Position numbers and translations under genes: made by a program
The notes under the pieces: generated by a model
The model's input: the letters and a program-made list of their open reading frames with translations, nothing else
The model's database searches: none
What the model was told of the DNA's origin: nothing
Assembly (NCBI RefSeq): GCF_009914755.1
Contig: NC_060933.1
Source: the human T2T-CHM13v2.0 reference genome, Homo sapiens
DNA length: 64,000 nucleotides
Direction: 5' to 3' (one strand)
In this document: piece after piece, positions 44,313 through 58,939 of the stretch
Numbering within the stretch: position 1 is the stretch's first letter
Layout: every line of letters starts with the position of its first letter

Positions 44313-44687
44313 TTAATTTTATTTTAGATTCAGGGGGTACATATGCATGTTTCTCACATGGGTAATTGTATACTGGTGGGGATTGGGATTCTAGTGTGCC
44401 CATTATGCAAATAGCGAGCATTGTACCCAATAGGTACTTTTTCAACCCTTGCCCCCGCTACCTGCTCCCTTTTTGGAGTCCCAGCGTTTATTATTTCCGC
44501 CTTCAAGTCCGTGTTTACCCATTGTTTAGCTCCCACTTACAAACGAGAACATGTGTTCCCCCAGCCCTCCTGATTTAGTTCACTTAAGATAATGACCTCC
44601 AGCACCACCCACATTGCTGCAAAGGATGTGATTTCTTTCTCTTTTCTGGCTGTGTAGTATTTCATTATCTGTCTATCTATATCTCAC
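44313..44687 (-). mobile_element. L1PA15-16/L1PB-type 3' end, 5'-truncated
   Basis: ttttagattcagggggtacatatgc..gtacccaataggtactttttcaaccc. TSD attttc(t/c)aggaaaa at 44,299 and 44,688. Confidence 0.85.
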
Positions 44688-45659
44688 ATTTTCCAGGAAA
44701 AAATTTTATCAAGTATTTTTAGGTAGAAACTCTGTTACCCTCGCCTTGATTCCTGTAGCAGCCAGGCAAGTCATTGTGTGTATATATGTATACTTTTATT
44801 ATATTTATATATAATATATAATTATCTTTTATATAATATATATTTTATTATATCTAATATAGTATGCTATATATAGTATACTGTAATATACTATAATATA
44901 TACTATATTATCTCAGCTATTCTCACAATAATAGATATATGTCATTCTATTACCCAAATATATGTTACTAGTATAAAGCTGTAAAATTAACCCCATGTCC
45001 TTGACTTAACAATGGGTCACAACGGTATTCAAATAGCTCCTATGACTCAAGCAGAGCTTGCCATACATACAAAGCTTAGAGATTTCAGTAATTTGGTTTC
45101 TCCCAGAGATTGAGACAGATATCAAATTGATTATCTAAAGGAAGAGAAAAATGTATGACCACCCACTAAGGTAATGGACTAGAAAAACTGAATTCAAGTA
45201 CCAGAGATTGAACAATAAATGATATTCTTTTGCCTGCAGGGGTTCCACTGACACCTAAGTGGTTGTGGGTGCATTTCTCAGTTCTTGGACTTCCCTACTG
45301 GAAACTGACACTCTCAATACATTTTTCTGTCTATAGAGCAGGCACTTACTGGCCTCTTTACACATTCCTACTTCTTAGTGTATCATGGCTCTAGGCCTAG
45401 AAGTCTAGCGAAATTCATTAATTTGACATTCATAGAAATATCTAATGTTGAAATTGGAAGGAATTTTAAAGGTCAGTTAGTATCAAGTTTATATGATGCA
45501 TGATTCCACTACTTATTGACTGTTTGCTTGAAAGACAGTGTGCTGGAAATATTCTCTCTTGGCCCTCCTTCTGGAATCTGAGAAGCAGATGCCAATCTGA
45601 GTGTCATTACAAGGTTATACAAAAAGAAAGCTTGATAACTAGACTGCTGATCTTTGCAT

Positions 45660-45846
45660 CCTGATTTTGCCATGAATTATATGTGACTTTGGTAGGTTAA
45701 ATGTACTGTGCCTCAGTTTTCTTATCTACAAAGAGGGATGAAAATACTGAATTCAGAGAAGTTCTGAGAATCTATTGAGATTTATTCAATGTTTACAAAA
45801 TATTTTCTGGCACTCAGTAATACTCAATAAGTGTAAATTACTATTT
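45660..45846 (+). mobile_element. MIR
   Basis: tgtgactttggtaggtt..ctgtgcctcagttttcttatctacaaa..ctggcactcagtaatactcaataag. Confidence 0.75.
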
Positions 45847-47512
45847 TCACTTAAGTCTGCTCAACTTAAGACTTCTTCATTCTCAAAGCTATCTCTTGTA
45901 ACAAACCTTCCTCACTTGTTTACATCATCTCACCAGGGAACAAAGAACACTAATAACTCTGCTCTCATTCATCTACTGCTTAGGAAAAATATGAAGAGTA
46001 TCTTTACCAGTTAGTTTGCCTTGCTGGAAGATGTATTAATTATAGAACAATTTTATCTGTAAATCCCAGAAATCAACATCTTTTAGTACAGCATATGTTA
46101 GAGGCATCCTAGTCAAAATATCATGTTTTCAGATAGTTAAAATTGTTATAATTCCCATTTGCCTAGTTCCAATTTTTATGTGTTCCACCATGTCAAAAAA
46201 TTGTGTAAATGTTGAGATTGTAACCTAAACATTACAAATCTGACATTATAAAATTGCATGCCATTTTAAACTAAACTGGAATCTGCTGAGTTTTGTTTTA
46301 GATAAAATAGAAAGACAGTGAGAGTAGGAACCATCTATATTTCATTCATTGCAATGTTAGTAGCACAGTAGCTAGTATATAGTAAACTCTAAGTAAATAT
46401 TGTTGAATTCATGATTAATTAGTTCCTAAAAGATAAAATGTAAAATTTATAACAATAAAACACTAATAGAATCAATAAATGTGTGTTTTGCTAAAGGAAG
46501 AGTATTCATATGAACAAGATAAATTGATATTGAGATAAGAATGTAAATATTACATTAACCATTGCATTCATTAAAATAACCATATTAGAGTTCAAGTGGA
46601 AAAGTCATAATTAATATCGTAAATATTTGTCTGCTAAATATGTACATATTCAAATTTCCAACTAGTTTACTTTTGCTCACTAATAAGCTGTATGCTCTCT
46701 CTCTATTCGCTAAGCAATGCAGTTTAAAAAATACATATGAGTATAAAATATATCATCAGCTAACAGCAAATGGAATGTTTTTATTGAATACTCTACCTGA
46801 ATATTAGATTCTAGTATAGATACTTACTTGAGGCTTATTTGGGTGACATTCAACTTGCCTGTCCTACAAAAGCTTAGTTAACTCTTGCAATTTGTCAAAT
46901 ATTGTAATTTTCTCCTAAATGTCTTAAACTTAAAAATTGCCAGGCTGAAAGTTTCTATTGTGAGTTCCTCTGAGAGATACATGTTGCTTTTATTTCTTAT
47001 GAATAATAAACTCATAGAGTGATTTCTTTATCCATGCTTTGTTTAACACTTGGCTTTTTATATTTCATACTTTTATACTTCAGTATACTGAAGGATACTT
47101 TTATGCTTTAGATTTTCAACATAATTTTAGAGACTATAAAACAGGATTTTTAGTTTTTATAAAGTGTAAAAATTAAATAATTTGTAACTGCTTTCTCTTT
47201 CACATACACTATCCTATTTTATTATGACAGATATATACTATTAGTTTTTTAGATATTAATTTTTAGATATATAGTATTTTTTTAAGAACAGGGTTATTCA
47301 CATTGTTCTGTCTGCGTAACTTTGTGTCTATCATACCAGACATGTTTAATAACTTCAATGTGTATAATTTATTAATTCTATTTGAAAGAATGTTGGAATC
47401 CCATATAATGCTTTATTGGAATTATTTTTAATATTTCAAAAATCTTTTTCTATGGTCTTTATTTTTGAATGATGAAAATAATATATACTATAATTAAAAT
47501 TGTAACATATAT

Positions 47513-47891
47513 TGTACTAAGGTTTGAATATGTACCCCAAAAGTTCATACATTGGAAACTTAATTGCCAAAGTAACATTATTACGAGGTGGGGCCTTTAG
47601 ACACGATTGGGTCATGTAGGAAAAGTTCTCATGAATGGATTAATGCCTTTATTGCGGGAGTAAGTTCTTGCTAGAGCAGGTTATTATAAAACAAGTTAAA
47701 CTTGCCCTATGGTGTCTTTCACATGCATGCTCTTGACCTTTTGCCATGTTATTGTGGGACAAGTAGGCCCTTACCAGATTTTGACACCATGCTCTTAGAA
47801 TTCTTAGCTTCCAGAACCATGAGCTAAATACTTTCCTGTTCATTATAAATTACTCAGTCTCAAGTATTCTAACAGAAAAGAGATTAAGACA
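47513..47891 (+). mobile_element. Solo older MaLR LTR (MSTC/D or MLT1A-like)
   Basis: ggtttgaatatgtaccccaaaagttcat..gaggtggggccttt..ttccagaaccatgagctaaata..gattaagaca. Confidence 0.8.
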
Positions 47892-49360
47892 TCACAATTT
47901 TTAGCAACATAATTGTAAAAAGTAAGTCATACATGATCTCATTTGAAACTGTCATTTCTACAAGCTATCAAAGATAACAGTTTGAAGTAAAATATTTCTG
48001 GGCATTTTTTCCATCTAAAACAATTTTATAAAGAAACTTGCTTTATATAGTGCTGTGGGCATGGGTTATCTGATGTATCCTTAGGTGATCAGTTCAGCTG
48101 TTTTCTACTTCATGCAATAAGACCTGAACTATTGGATACTGTCTCCTCACTATCACCCTCATCTTGAGCATGGCTAAAGATTAGGTCCAAGAAGATGGCA
48201 TAAAAGGGGGCTTAGTTACTAACATATGTCAGACACAGGTAGTTTGTGTGTGATAATCAAGACTTGAATGAAACTAGGTGATAGGACACAGTATATCCTA
48301 CATTATACCAAAAATAGTGTATTTCTATTTGGTATTTTAATTGCTCAAAAAGTAAATGTGCAATTACTAGTTGAAAATAGGAACTTCTTGTCTTGAAAGA
48401 AAACTCAATTATTCCCATACATAGGCCATTATAGTATTTTACCTGTTACATGCATATACTTTTTTCCACTATTTTCCTCTTATATTGAGAATGTCTTGAT
48501 TTCAATGAAGTCAGAGTACATGCATTGAATACCATGTAGATTTTTTAAAATATTGCCCTTGTTTCAAAACCAATTACTAGTTTTATAAAAGTGATTTCAG
48601 CTAATTATACTGCAACTATGCCAATTATTTTAGAAGTCATTATAGCTCAGATATTAGCAATCATTAATTACTTTGCATACCCTAGCTGTCCAATTTTATT
48701 TAATTTACATGCCTATTTGACTCACTAATATCTTCGACATATTGAAGTTGATTTTTTTACACAGAATGGAAAAGGCAGCCAGTAAAATAAAAGAAGCCAT
48801 TAACATTTTCAAGAAGTGCTTGTACAATATTCTAGTAATAATTAGAAAAAATTAAAGGTATTTGCCCTATACCTTTAATTTTACATAGTAAATAATTATA
48901 AATATGAAATTGATGTCCTAAGTATAATAATTCATACCCTGAAAATGTGCTGAAACTTAATATGCATTGTATACTTTCGTTTCTCTAATATTTGTGCTTT
49001 CACGTGTGCTATGCTGTTGCACACTATATCCTAGTGTATGACAGATGTTCGAAAGAAGTCTGAAATAATGTTAAGAATAACCTTAAGACACTTTATGTAG
49101 AGGAAAATATTTTAAATAAATGTTTGAATAAAAAGTTGTAATTTTACTAATATAATTTATCTTTAACTTCTCCTCAAAGACAATTGTGCTTTCTATATAA
49201 TACTTTTTAACTTAGGAAACAAATTTTAATAAATGTTTAAGTTCACATGAGAAATTACCAAAAAAAGAATATAAAATGTGTCTTTAAATTTCATTGAAAA
49301 GTCATATATTAAAACTCTGCAGATAAATTCCTATACTGATCATTAAAAATAGTTTATCCT

Positions 49361-49660
49361 GGCCAGGAGTGGTGGCTCATGCCTGTAATCGCAGTACTTT
49401 GGGAGGCCGAGGCAGGCAGATCACCTAGGGTCAGGAGTTCGAGACCAGCCTGACCAACATGGTGAAACCCTGCCTCTACTAAAAATACAAAAACATTAGC
49501 TGGGCATGGTGGTGGGCCCCTGTAATCCCAGCTACTTGGGAGGCTGAGGCAGGAGAATCACTTGAACTCAGGAGTCAGGGTTTGCAGTGAGCCGAGATCC
49601 TGCCATTGCACTCCATCCTGGGCAACAAGAGGGAGATTCCATCTTAAAAAAAAAAAAAAA
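49361..49660 (+). mobile_element. AluS (Sq-like)
   Basis: Full dimer with gggcaacaagag. TSD core agtttatc. Confidence 0.93.
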
Positions 49661-51020
49661 GTTTATCTTGCAACATCTATAATGTAATGTTTCTTGGTTG
49701 TCTCTCAAAGCTATTCACAAAGGTTCTGAGTTCTAAGAAATGATTATCAACATTTTCTTCTGTTGTGTTTTCCAACCTTCCTTTTATCCCTGCTTAACCA
49801 TATCTAATGAACAATGATTAGCTTCGGCAGCATATACACATCCTGATATTTGTTTCGTTGAGAAAGTCTAAGTGACTCAAGCTGGACGCACACACAGCCA
49901 ACTCATGAAATCCTTAGCTTTGCTTCATCTAATTCCTATGAAGGTTCTCAGACACAGAAACAAATAATAAGTAATTCATAAACTATTTTTATGAGAAAAT
50001 ATTTTGCATATTCAAATATTCTATTACAGCAAAATACGTGACACATATATGTCATGCAAAGGTATTTTCACATTCTATAATGTATAGAAAACATGTAAAG
50101 TAAAACTATTTTTAATGGCCAAAGTTTCTATTTTTTCTTATTTGAAATTATCCAATTAACCAAAAATAATTTATTAACCCAACTTAATATTAGTCTAAGG
50201 TCTTAAATTTAATTAAAAATTTGGATATTATAACTAAAGTCAACACATTAATCCTTTATTATCCATAATATTATTTGAATTTATGAGGTTAAACATTTTA
50301 AAAGATATCCTCTTATTACAAATTTCTTCAAACACCATTTAATATATTTGAAATCCTAAACTATTGTGGGAACAACGATAGCCTCTTTGACTCATAAAAC
50401 AAGTGTTGGAAAATTTGAAAAGTTTACATCACAAAATGTTTAACATAATCATATATAAAATAAGATTTTTTGGCATTAATTTACATAGAAAACATACAAG
50501 TCATATGGATTTGTTAACCAGTGTTATTCACCTACTTATTTGAAATATTATATGCACTTGTTTTTAATACAATTTTAAGTCCATGTGTTTAAAAGCTAAA
50601 TTTTATAAAGACTCCTTAAATTATACTTAAACTTTCTTTTTTCATTTTGTAGAAACAGAGATCTTCTTTTCTCTCTTAGTAAGTCAGTCCATTAGTCACT
50701 AAATTTTCCTAGCTGCAGGTTTTTATACATAGCCCACATTTTTTCAAGCAAAGTAAATTCAACTTAATTTTTTTTTTCAGTTTTTAGGAGGCCATTTATG
50801 TCTATCTGGACTAGATATTTTTAGGAGGCACAGATGCCAACAATTTTTTTTATGATTAATTAGTCTCCAAAATTTCTCCACTGAGGGGATAAAATGAGAG
50901 AAAAAAAAAAATGAAAAGAAGTTTGAGGGATCCAGCCTCACTGAAATGTGAAATTATAATTGTCAAGATATTTCTTCTCCCTTTACATAAAGGAGAGAAA
51001 AAATAGATGCAGGAAACTTA

Positions 51021-51025
<5 letters not shown>

Positions 51026-51062
<37 letters not shown>
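51026..51062. repeat. (CA)n microsatellite
   Basis: Perfect AC run of about 18 units. Confidence 0.95.
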
Positions 51063-51063
<1 letters not shown>

Positions 51064-54000
51064 CTATTATAGCTCACTTACATGAAGTAAACTTTCTCCT
51101 AAGTGTGCTTTCTTTTAGACAAATAAAACTAGATTCTTTCCTTCTCTTTGTGCTAAGGTGCCTCTAAAGTAAAAATTCTATGCCCAAACTTTCTAAAACT
51201 GGCCATTGTAATTCCAGATTCCCTTTATTGAGATCCTTTCAAGAATTCAAATATTTTGTGCTATTAGCATCCATACAATTAAGCAGATAGAAACTCTCTT
51301 GGTAGCAAGTTTATGAAATAATGGCTGCCTTTTATAGTTGAAAAACAATGTAATTACAGGTCTCAAATTATCAAAACCAATTCTTCACTTTTACCTAACT
51401 CATAAAAACTCATAGCAGTAATAGAATGAAGTGGTGGTATCTCAACCAAGGATAATAATAATATTAGTAACAGTAATAAAGACTCCAACATCCTTCTAAC
51501 AAAAGGGCTGACTGTAGTAGAACTACTGCTATTAGAGGCTCCACTATGAATATCCTGAAAAGGGGAGATAGCAAAGGGTCTTCAGCATACTTTATCCTCA
51601 CTGAAGCTTTCTGGGCTAGTCAGGGGGAAGTCTCGTTCCAATATGAATGATACTATTAAAAGGTGTAAGAAAGAAAACATCCAAACAAAACAATTAGTTC
51701 AAGATTATACATTGCAAGTAAAAACAACTTAAGTGTTCTTGAAGAGAGGGGCAAGTAACTAAAAAGACTGTATTTAATTGAGGAAGATCTGTTAAACCCT
51801 TATTTCAAAAATTATTCACTATTCAAATCCCTGGAAGGCATGGAAAACAGGTTGGGTTAATCATAGGTCAGTATGTAGGCACAGAAGAATGAAATTAGGG
51901 TATAGCAACTGTTGGTCAGGAAATGTCAGTGTAGCAGAATTGGGCAGGAACATTTAGGGGACTTGCAACTATCAGTGAAAAATGTTTAATCTTTATGCTT
52001 CTTTCTATTTAGTTTGATTGTATGAGTTGATTTATAGAGTATGTAACAACATTTATAATGAAGATAATACAAGCAGTACATTTAGTCAGTAATTAAAAAC
52101 TAAGAATATTCTCCAAGGTGTTTTAAATAAATCTGTCTTAAAAATATCTCTTCTTTTCCACTATCCTGTCAGCACATTTATTACTACGTATGGAGAATAG
52201 TACTGAGCAGTGAGAAAAGAATGTGCTAATGGAGTATGTCCTTTATTATCTTTCACTAAGTTAAATCTTTAGGATCTCTTATACATCAAACAGAAATTAT
52301 TATTATTTTTTGTCTTCAGAATCAGGACAGGTGAATCTCTAATACCAATTGTTAACCATCTTGCTATTTCCTCTGGTAAATAAAATGGCATAGAGTAGTC
52401 TTTGAAGTTAAGAATATTTTTTAATAATGTGAAACTTTGCTTTGTTTTCAAAAAAAGATAAAACAGATGAAAAATATTAGTGCCGACTGATGAGAGCTCC
52501 TGAGGATTTCTTTCTGCCTAGCATATTTCCCTCAAGCTTTTAAATTCAATAGTAAGATGAAAAATCTTCCTGAATAACCATGTACAGAAGCATTGTGCTA
52601 GGCATTGTGGGAGTGTTGAAGAATAAATGAGGAACATGGCTGTTATTCCCATCAAGCTTATCACATAATTAAAAATAGATACATACGCTGTCTGACACAC
52701 ACACACGCAAAGCCTAATTACAAATAATATTTAATAATACTAGATACCAATAAAGTTGAAAAATGCAAATTATTGCATAATATGTTTTCAAATACACAGT
52801 TATAAAATATTAGAAATAATGTTGATAATCTTTGAGAGGCAATAGTGAAAAATAAGATTTTAATGAGACAAATGTAGCTCTCAAATAGAGGAAAACTAAG
52901 GCTAATAGGAGCAATGGAGATAAAAAGCGAAAGATGATTCAACCTATTTCTTCAGCTTTATGAGAGATAATCATAGGGTAAGTACATAATCTTTTACCAT
53001 TCTCATTTAATGTATTTTATGCATTTAAGGATACTATTTGAAGTACTAAACTAGAGTGAAAACAAGTTCAAAAACTTCCAAATTACTGGAGAATTGGTTG
53101 CACGAGGGAGGAAAACATCTTATATATAATAAATGTAAGTGAAATAAATGTAAGCATAGAAAAAATGAGTCAGAATTTAGTCATAAAAGTACAACTCTAT
53201 ATGATCTTCAAAGGTAAACCCAAGCAGTGTCACTCAAAAAGATTGAAAGGGAAAGTATGAAAAGTGCCCAAGTGGACAACAGAGAAAAGTTAATAATTAC
53301 AATGATAACATAATTAAATAAAACTATAAGAAAATAGTTAATTCATTGCAAAAATTATTACGTTAGGCAGTTAATTCATAGTGTTCAGAAAACTGTGTGC
53401 AGCCAATATCCTACTATTAGTTTATGAGTAAAAGACAAATTTACAGAAACTACATAACAATGCAATTTATTAACATTTTTCTCTGGCATTGATATTCAAG
53501 ATGATAATAATAATAAAGCAGGCTATAGTATATATGTAACTCAATTTATGAAATTATATCTATCTAAAACATTGAAAAACATACATAAATACATTTAAAC
53601 ACTACAAATTTTCTATATATCTTCTTATTGAATCCATAAAATATATACAGTGTTTAATAACATGTTTAATAAAAAGAAAAATTGTAAAATTCCAAGAAAT
53701 AGAAAGGGAATGTAGAGAATTATTCTCTAGTCACACCATATTAAGCACTGTAAATAAACTGCAAATGTACAAATAAAAATTATCTCAGGGACATGAAAAT
53801 TTGTTCATTTATTCTCTGAACAATTGTGGCATACTTGAGATAATCAAAATTAAATTGCCAAATAATTATTAGTACTTATCTAAAATTATAAGATATAATG
53901 ATAATTTTACTGAGAGGAAAATTAACCACCTAAAGCCTTTCATTAATCACCCATAGAAAAAATAGTAAAAGATACATTCAACTTGATATAAAAAATACCA

Positions 54001-54154
54001 AAAAGTACCAAAAAATAAGAATGATAACGTGTAAATAGAAAAGCAGAAATGCTGAAATGAAAAACAGTTGGGCAACATAATTATAATAAATGTAAGAGGT
54101 GATTCTTGGAAAAATATAAACTAATAGTTGGTCTAAAGAGAAGCAGGAGAATAC

Positions 54155-54601
54155 TTTTAAAGCAAAAACTTCACCAGCCAAAGTTAAATAGGCAAGATAG
54201 ACTTTATCTAAAAGTTATTGTAGTATGGAAGAGAAGATAGAATGCAATCTGATCTCAATTCTGCTGTAATAAAAATTTTTAGGAAATCTGTGTTTGCTAA
54301 TTGGCTTTATCACAAAGAGAAGTAAACTTTCTCCCTATCTTCATTAGGGGAGGTAGTTTTGTAACTTGAATTAGGCTCCCAGAGAAGTTAGCGGCCCCCA
54401 GGCCCTTGAGAAAGACAGTCCTGGGTTATAAAACTGGCAAGAGAATTTTAAAAGATTTACATCTCAAGGGCGCAGGGTAAGAATTCACAGTTACAAATTG
54501 TCTAAAGTAAATGCTCTATCAAAAGGGAAGCTGGAGGCAAGGGTTAAGAAGAAGACTAAAGTTTAGTCAAGCTGAGGGGAACATTAAATCCACCTTGTTC
54601 A
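54155..54601 (-). mobile_element. ERV1-type solo LTR (MER67/MER31-like)
   Basis: The minus strand begins tgaacaaggtggatttaatgttcccctcagcttgactaaactttag. The left boundary is approximate. Confidence 0.5.
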
Positions 54602-55018
54602 ATATCCCAGGACCACACATTTCCACAAGTCATTATCTTCAAAGTTTAACATAGTACATAGTTCCCATGATGACTAAATTGTCTTAGAATATAGAAAAAG
54701 GAAGAATACTTACTACTCCTTTTAAAGGCCCACTTAACCCTTATATCTGAATATTACAAACTAAGTACCAAATGTAAAACACCTGCCAATCTCTGCTGAG
54801 TTTGACATACACACACTCACACACACACAAACAATATTTAACATTAACAGATTGATTCCAGCTGACATTACCAGAAAACCCGCTGAAAGAGTGGAGTTGT
54901 GTGTTAGTTAGAGGTCTAGCAGGAAAGAGATGATACAATCAAAAGAGGTTAATAGAAGATTGGAAGAAGGGACTACAATATTTATAAGGATCTGGGCCAT
55001 GTTAAGAAAATCAACAGG

Positions 55019-55319
55019 AGCCAGGTGTGGTGGCCTGTGATCCCATAACATTGGGTTGCTGAGGCGGGTATCAAGCTTGAGCTCAGAAGTTTGAGGCCAG
55101 CCTGGGCAGCATGGTGAAACCCCATCTTTTCCAAAAATAACCAGGCATGATGGTGCGTGCCTGTGGTCCCATCTACCCCAGGCTAAGATGGGAGGATGGC
55201 TTGAGTCTGGGAGGGTTGCAGTGAGCCAAGAGCATGCCACTGAACTTTCAGCCAGGATGACAGAGGGAGATCCTGTCTCAAAAAAGTAAAAAAGAGAGAC
55301 AGGGAAAGAGAGAGAGAAA
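55019..55319 (+). mobile_element. AluJ-type with A/G-rich tail
   Basis: Diverged dimer. 15-bp TSD aagaaaa(t/c)caacagg at 55,004-55,018 and 55,320-55,334. Confidence 0.9.
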
Positions 55320-55898
55320 AAGAAAACCAACAGGGATAGTTAAATTCCCTGGGATGAGTAATAGTGGCAAAAAGTCGTACGTGATTTCACTTAGATTCAA
55401 GAAAATACATATTTCGTTTTGAAGGGCCAAGGGAGTTAGACTAGAGTTAATGGCGTCCAGTGAAAACTAGGGCCACAAACCACTGGAAAGACTCTGGCAG
55501 TCAAAAAAAAAAAAGACAGCCACTGTTTGTCAGAATATAGGTAAAATGGAGGTGCAGGAATAAATATATCCACTTCTCTTCTCTTCCCACTCCAAAATCT
55601 CCTGAGTGTGCTTTCCACAAAAACACAACACAAGAGGAAGGCAGAGGGCAAAGGATTCTTTCACAAAAGACAGCAGGGAAAAAAAGGGTGGTGAATGTAT
55701 ATGGGGATGTGTGGGGAAGGGTAGCAAAGATTGAATCTCCAAATCAGGAGATATGCTGCATTTTATTCAACCTAACACTATATTGATTAGAAGATGCCAT
55801 TTTATGTGGCACTAAGAAATAAAACAAAACGCCAGCAATTATATTATAGCCCAATATTTTCTAATCAGATATTTATTATTATTATTATTTATTGAGTA

Positions 55899-56170
55899 GG
55901 CTGGGCGCGGGGGCTCATGCCTGTAATCTTAGCACTTTGGGAGGCCAACGCAGCCAATCACCTGAGGTCAGGAGTTCAAGACCAGCCTGGCCAACATGGT
56001 GAAACCCCGTCTCTACTAAAAATACAAAAATTAGCTGGGCTTGGTGGTATAAACCTGCTACTTGGGAGGCTGAGGCACAAGAATCACTTGAACCCAGGAG
56101 GTGGAGGTTGCAGTGAGCCGAGATTGTGCTACTGCAGTCCAGACTGACTGACAGAGTGAGACTCCATCTC

Positions 56171-56210
<40 letters not shown>
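55899..56210 (+). mobile_element. AluS (Sx/Sz-like) with (AAT)n tail
   Basis: ggctgggcgcgggggctc..cacctgaggtcaggagttcaagaccagcctggcc; tail (aat) x ~13. Confidence 0.93.
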
Positions 56211-56212
<2 letters not shown>

Positions 56213-56960
56213 TTTACTGATTAAAATTTTTTTATTAATTTAAATAAACTTTATCATGTATCACTATTTGCTTACATAAAAATAAAAATCCATGCAAAAA
56301 GGAGCTGAGAAATTTTTAATATCCCACCATTGTCTAATTATTTTAAAATCATTTGGACGCAGCCTTACCACACTGTATCATCATCTGTACTATCAAGAAC
56401 ATTAAGAATGTGACACTTTTTAAAGAATGTCATATCACCATCTTTAGGATATTTTTCTAACACATGGACTCTCATTTTATAGGTTTTGATGCTGGTACTG
56501 TCTCCATTATATCAAAAGGTTTCAGTCAGTGGAAGATTTCCAGACAGACCTAAATATTCATTTTCCTTTTTCTAATCTTTCATGAGTGGATTCTGAGAAA
56601 AAGAAAGAAAGAAAATATTCTATCTTCCTTAAACCAATATTATTTTGAATTACTGTTACATACAGGTACACTTATATTACATTATATCAAAACTTTTAAG
56701 AATTATGTAATCCTTCTAAGAAGAAAAAGTATTTTAAAATGTACTAAGTAATAAAATATAAATTTTTAAAAATTGAGAAACTTTCATTCTTTCAAATAGG
56801 AAAACTCGAGAAAAATCACTGGGTATGTATTTTTAATCCATGTTTATTTCTGTTTACCTGAGGTTGATAATTTATGTTTTAGAGAGAAAGGAATTACGAT
56901 CCTTGACAACAAATTCCAAGTAATCTGCAGAGGCTAGCAAAAAGACCATTATGATGCACA

Positions 56961-57563
56961 TGTTACAGATGGGGAGGGTCTTGACTACAAGTCATCCAGG
57001 TTCTTAGACAAAATACACAGACAAAGCAACAAACAATGAAGCAACAAAACTACAAATTTATTGAAACTAAAGTTCACACCACAGAGTAGAAGCAGGCTCC
57101 AGCAAGCAACTCAAGAGCCCCAGTTACAGAGATTTCTAAGGTTTAAATACTCTCTAGAGGTTTCCCATCGTTTACTTGGTTACACCCTATGTAAAGGAAG
57201 AAGTGACCAGCAACTCATCTTATTGGAGGCTGGAGTCGTTACAAAGTTACATCCTATGCTAACATCAAACATCTGATTGGTTGTGGGAGGGTACCAATCA
57301 GAGGCTGAAGTGAAGTTACAAAGTTACAGGCCCATGACCAATCTGATTGGTGATTGGAGGGGACCAATCAGAGATACTTTCCATTTTTCATGTACAAGGC
57401 AAAAAACTATGGGTAGCAGGGGTTTGCAAAGGGCAAAGGGAGCAGTTTCTTATCCTTTTGTTACTTGGGCGTGGAAAGTTGGGGTTTTCCTTTTGATTTA
57501 ATTCTAGGAAGTCAGCAAATCAGCCTTAAGTTCCCTACCTCCAGACCCTATTCTCGTGCCTCA
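56961..57563 (-). mobile_element. MER51-type ERV1 solo LTR
   Basis: The minus strand begins tgaggcacgagaatagggtctggaggtagggaacttaaggc and ends aaca. Several CCAAT/ATTGG boxes. Exact 4-bp TSD CACA (56,957-56,960; 57,564-57,567). Confidence 0.88.
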
Positions 57564-58939
57564 CACATTTGTGGAGATCTGATATTGAAGAAATGAATTT
57601 AGCAGGCAGAGTAGTTGTGGAGGTAAGTAGGAAAAGATCATGCACAATTGCATTATGTCACTGGGACACAGTTTTTCCTTCTCTGTTTTTGTTGGTTTTC
57701 TTGCAAGCAGGGAAACTGCTAGAAAGTCAGAAGGAATGCTCAGAGTGCTAATTAGGTGTGTGAAAAAGCTCTTTAAAGCTTCTTTCTGATAGGCTCCAAG
57801 TATGAGATGAAAGGCCTCTTTTCTGAGAGGAAGGAGATACTGACAAAAGCAACCCACTAAGATACTGGACACAAAAGTGTTCTGCCTCCCAGACATGCTG
57901 AACCTAGGATCAAATATTGCTCCAAGGGGCTTTTGCTCCTAGCAGAGTATTCTTTTGAGTTAAATGTCTGGTTTCTACTTTAGAATGTAGGGAGGATAAT
58001 AACATGACGTGTTTGTGTACCAAAATTAAGTTTACAGAAGCGTTTCTCCAAATGACTAATAACAGTTAAAGATTAACAACAACAAAAATGCTCAAGTGAA
58101 AATTAAGTGCCCGGTTACTTCCGTTTCTTGTTCTGCAGGGTATTTTTTTTTAATATGACATATTAACTTTAGCTAATGCTTCATATTTTAGTTTTATTGA
58201 GGAATACTGTTTCTGTGGGAGGGGAGATGTACCTGAGTGTGAAAGAAGAATAGATGTCTATGTTTTTGTTTAATTCATTCTTAGAATTCCTAGCTGCTTT
58301 AAACTGATGATTACATACATTTATCAACAACAATAATTGTGCTAACATGTTTGGAATGTGTGTATGAAATATGTCTGGAAAGGGAATACACATACATATA
58401 TGCATGTATATTTACTTTCAAACTTAGTCGATAGGTATCTATCATAATATCTTTAATCGTTAATCAATGTCTCAGTATATGGATATTTCTTCTTCATTTA
58501 ACATATTTAATAAATTCTGTACTTCAGAAATCTGTCTTCAAATTCATTTGAGCATTCATGTAATAAAAGGTAATATTTGCTCATTTTACATTACTTTTGG
58601 CATATTAGCTATTTCCCTCGTCAATCAAAGCCTCTCAGGTTTTGAAATGGCCTTTAACAGTTCTTAGCATTTCTTTTTAATCTCATCTTATTATTCAATT
58701 TTATCCTCTTACTTCACTACCAATTCCTTTTTTATTTTCATCCTCTTGTTTAATTCCACTTCACTTCTCAAAAAAGTACATGTACTTTCATATATGTAAC
58801 CATCACATTCCTACAATTATGACTTCAACATATCCATTTTCAGTTCCCACCCCTACCTGGGTCCTAGTAATACTAATTGCCTACAAGATATTTATTAAAT
58901 TTAAAACTACTCCTCTTCCTCTCCTTTAGTTCTAAAAAT

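Noticed and set aside
55750-56640. Possible old DNA transposon flanking the Alu at 55,899
   Set aside because: The resemblance is too weak to name a family or set boundaries without a profile search.
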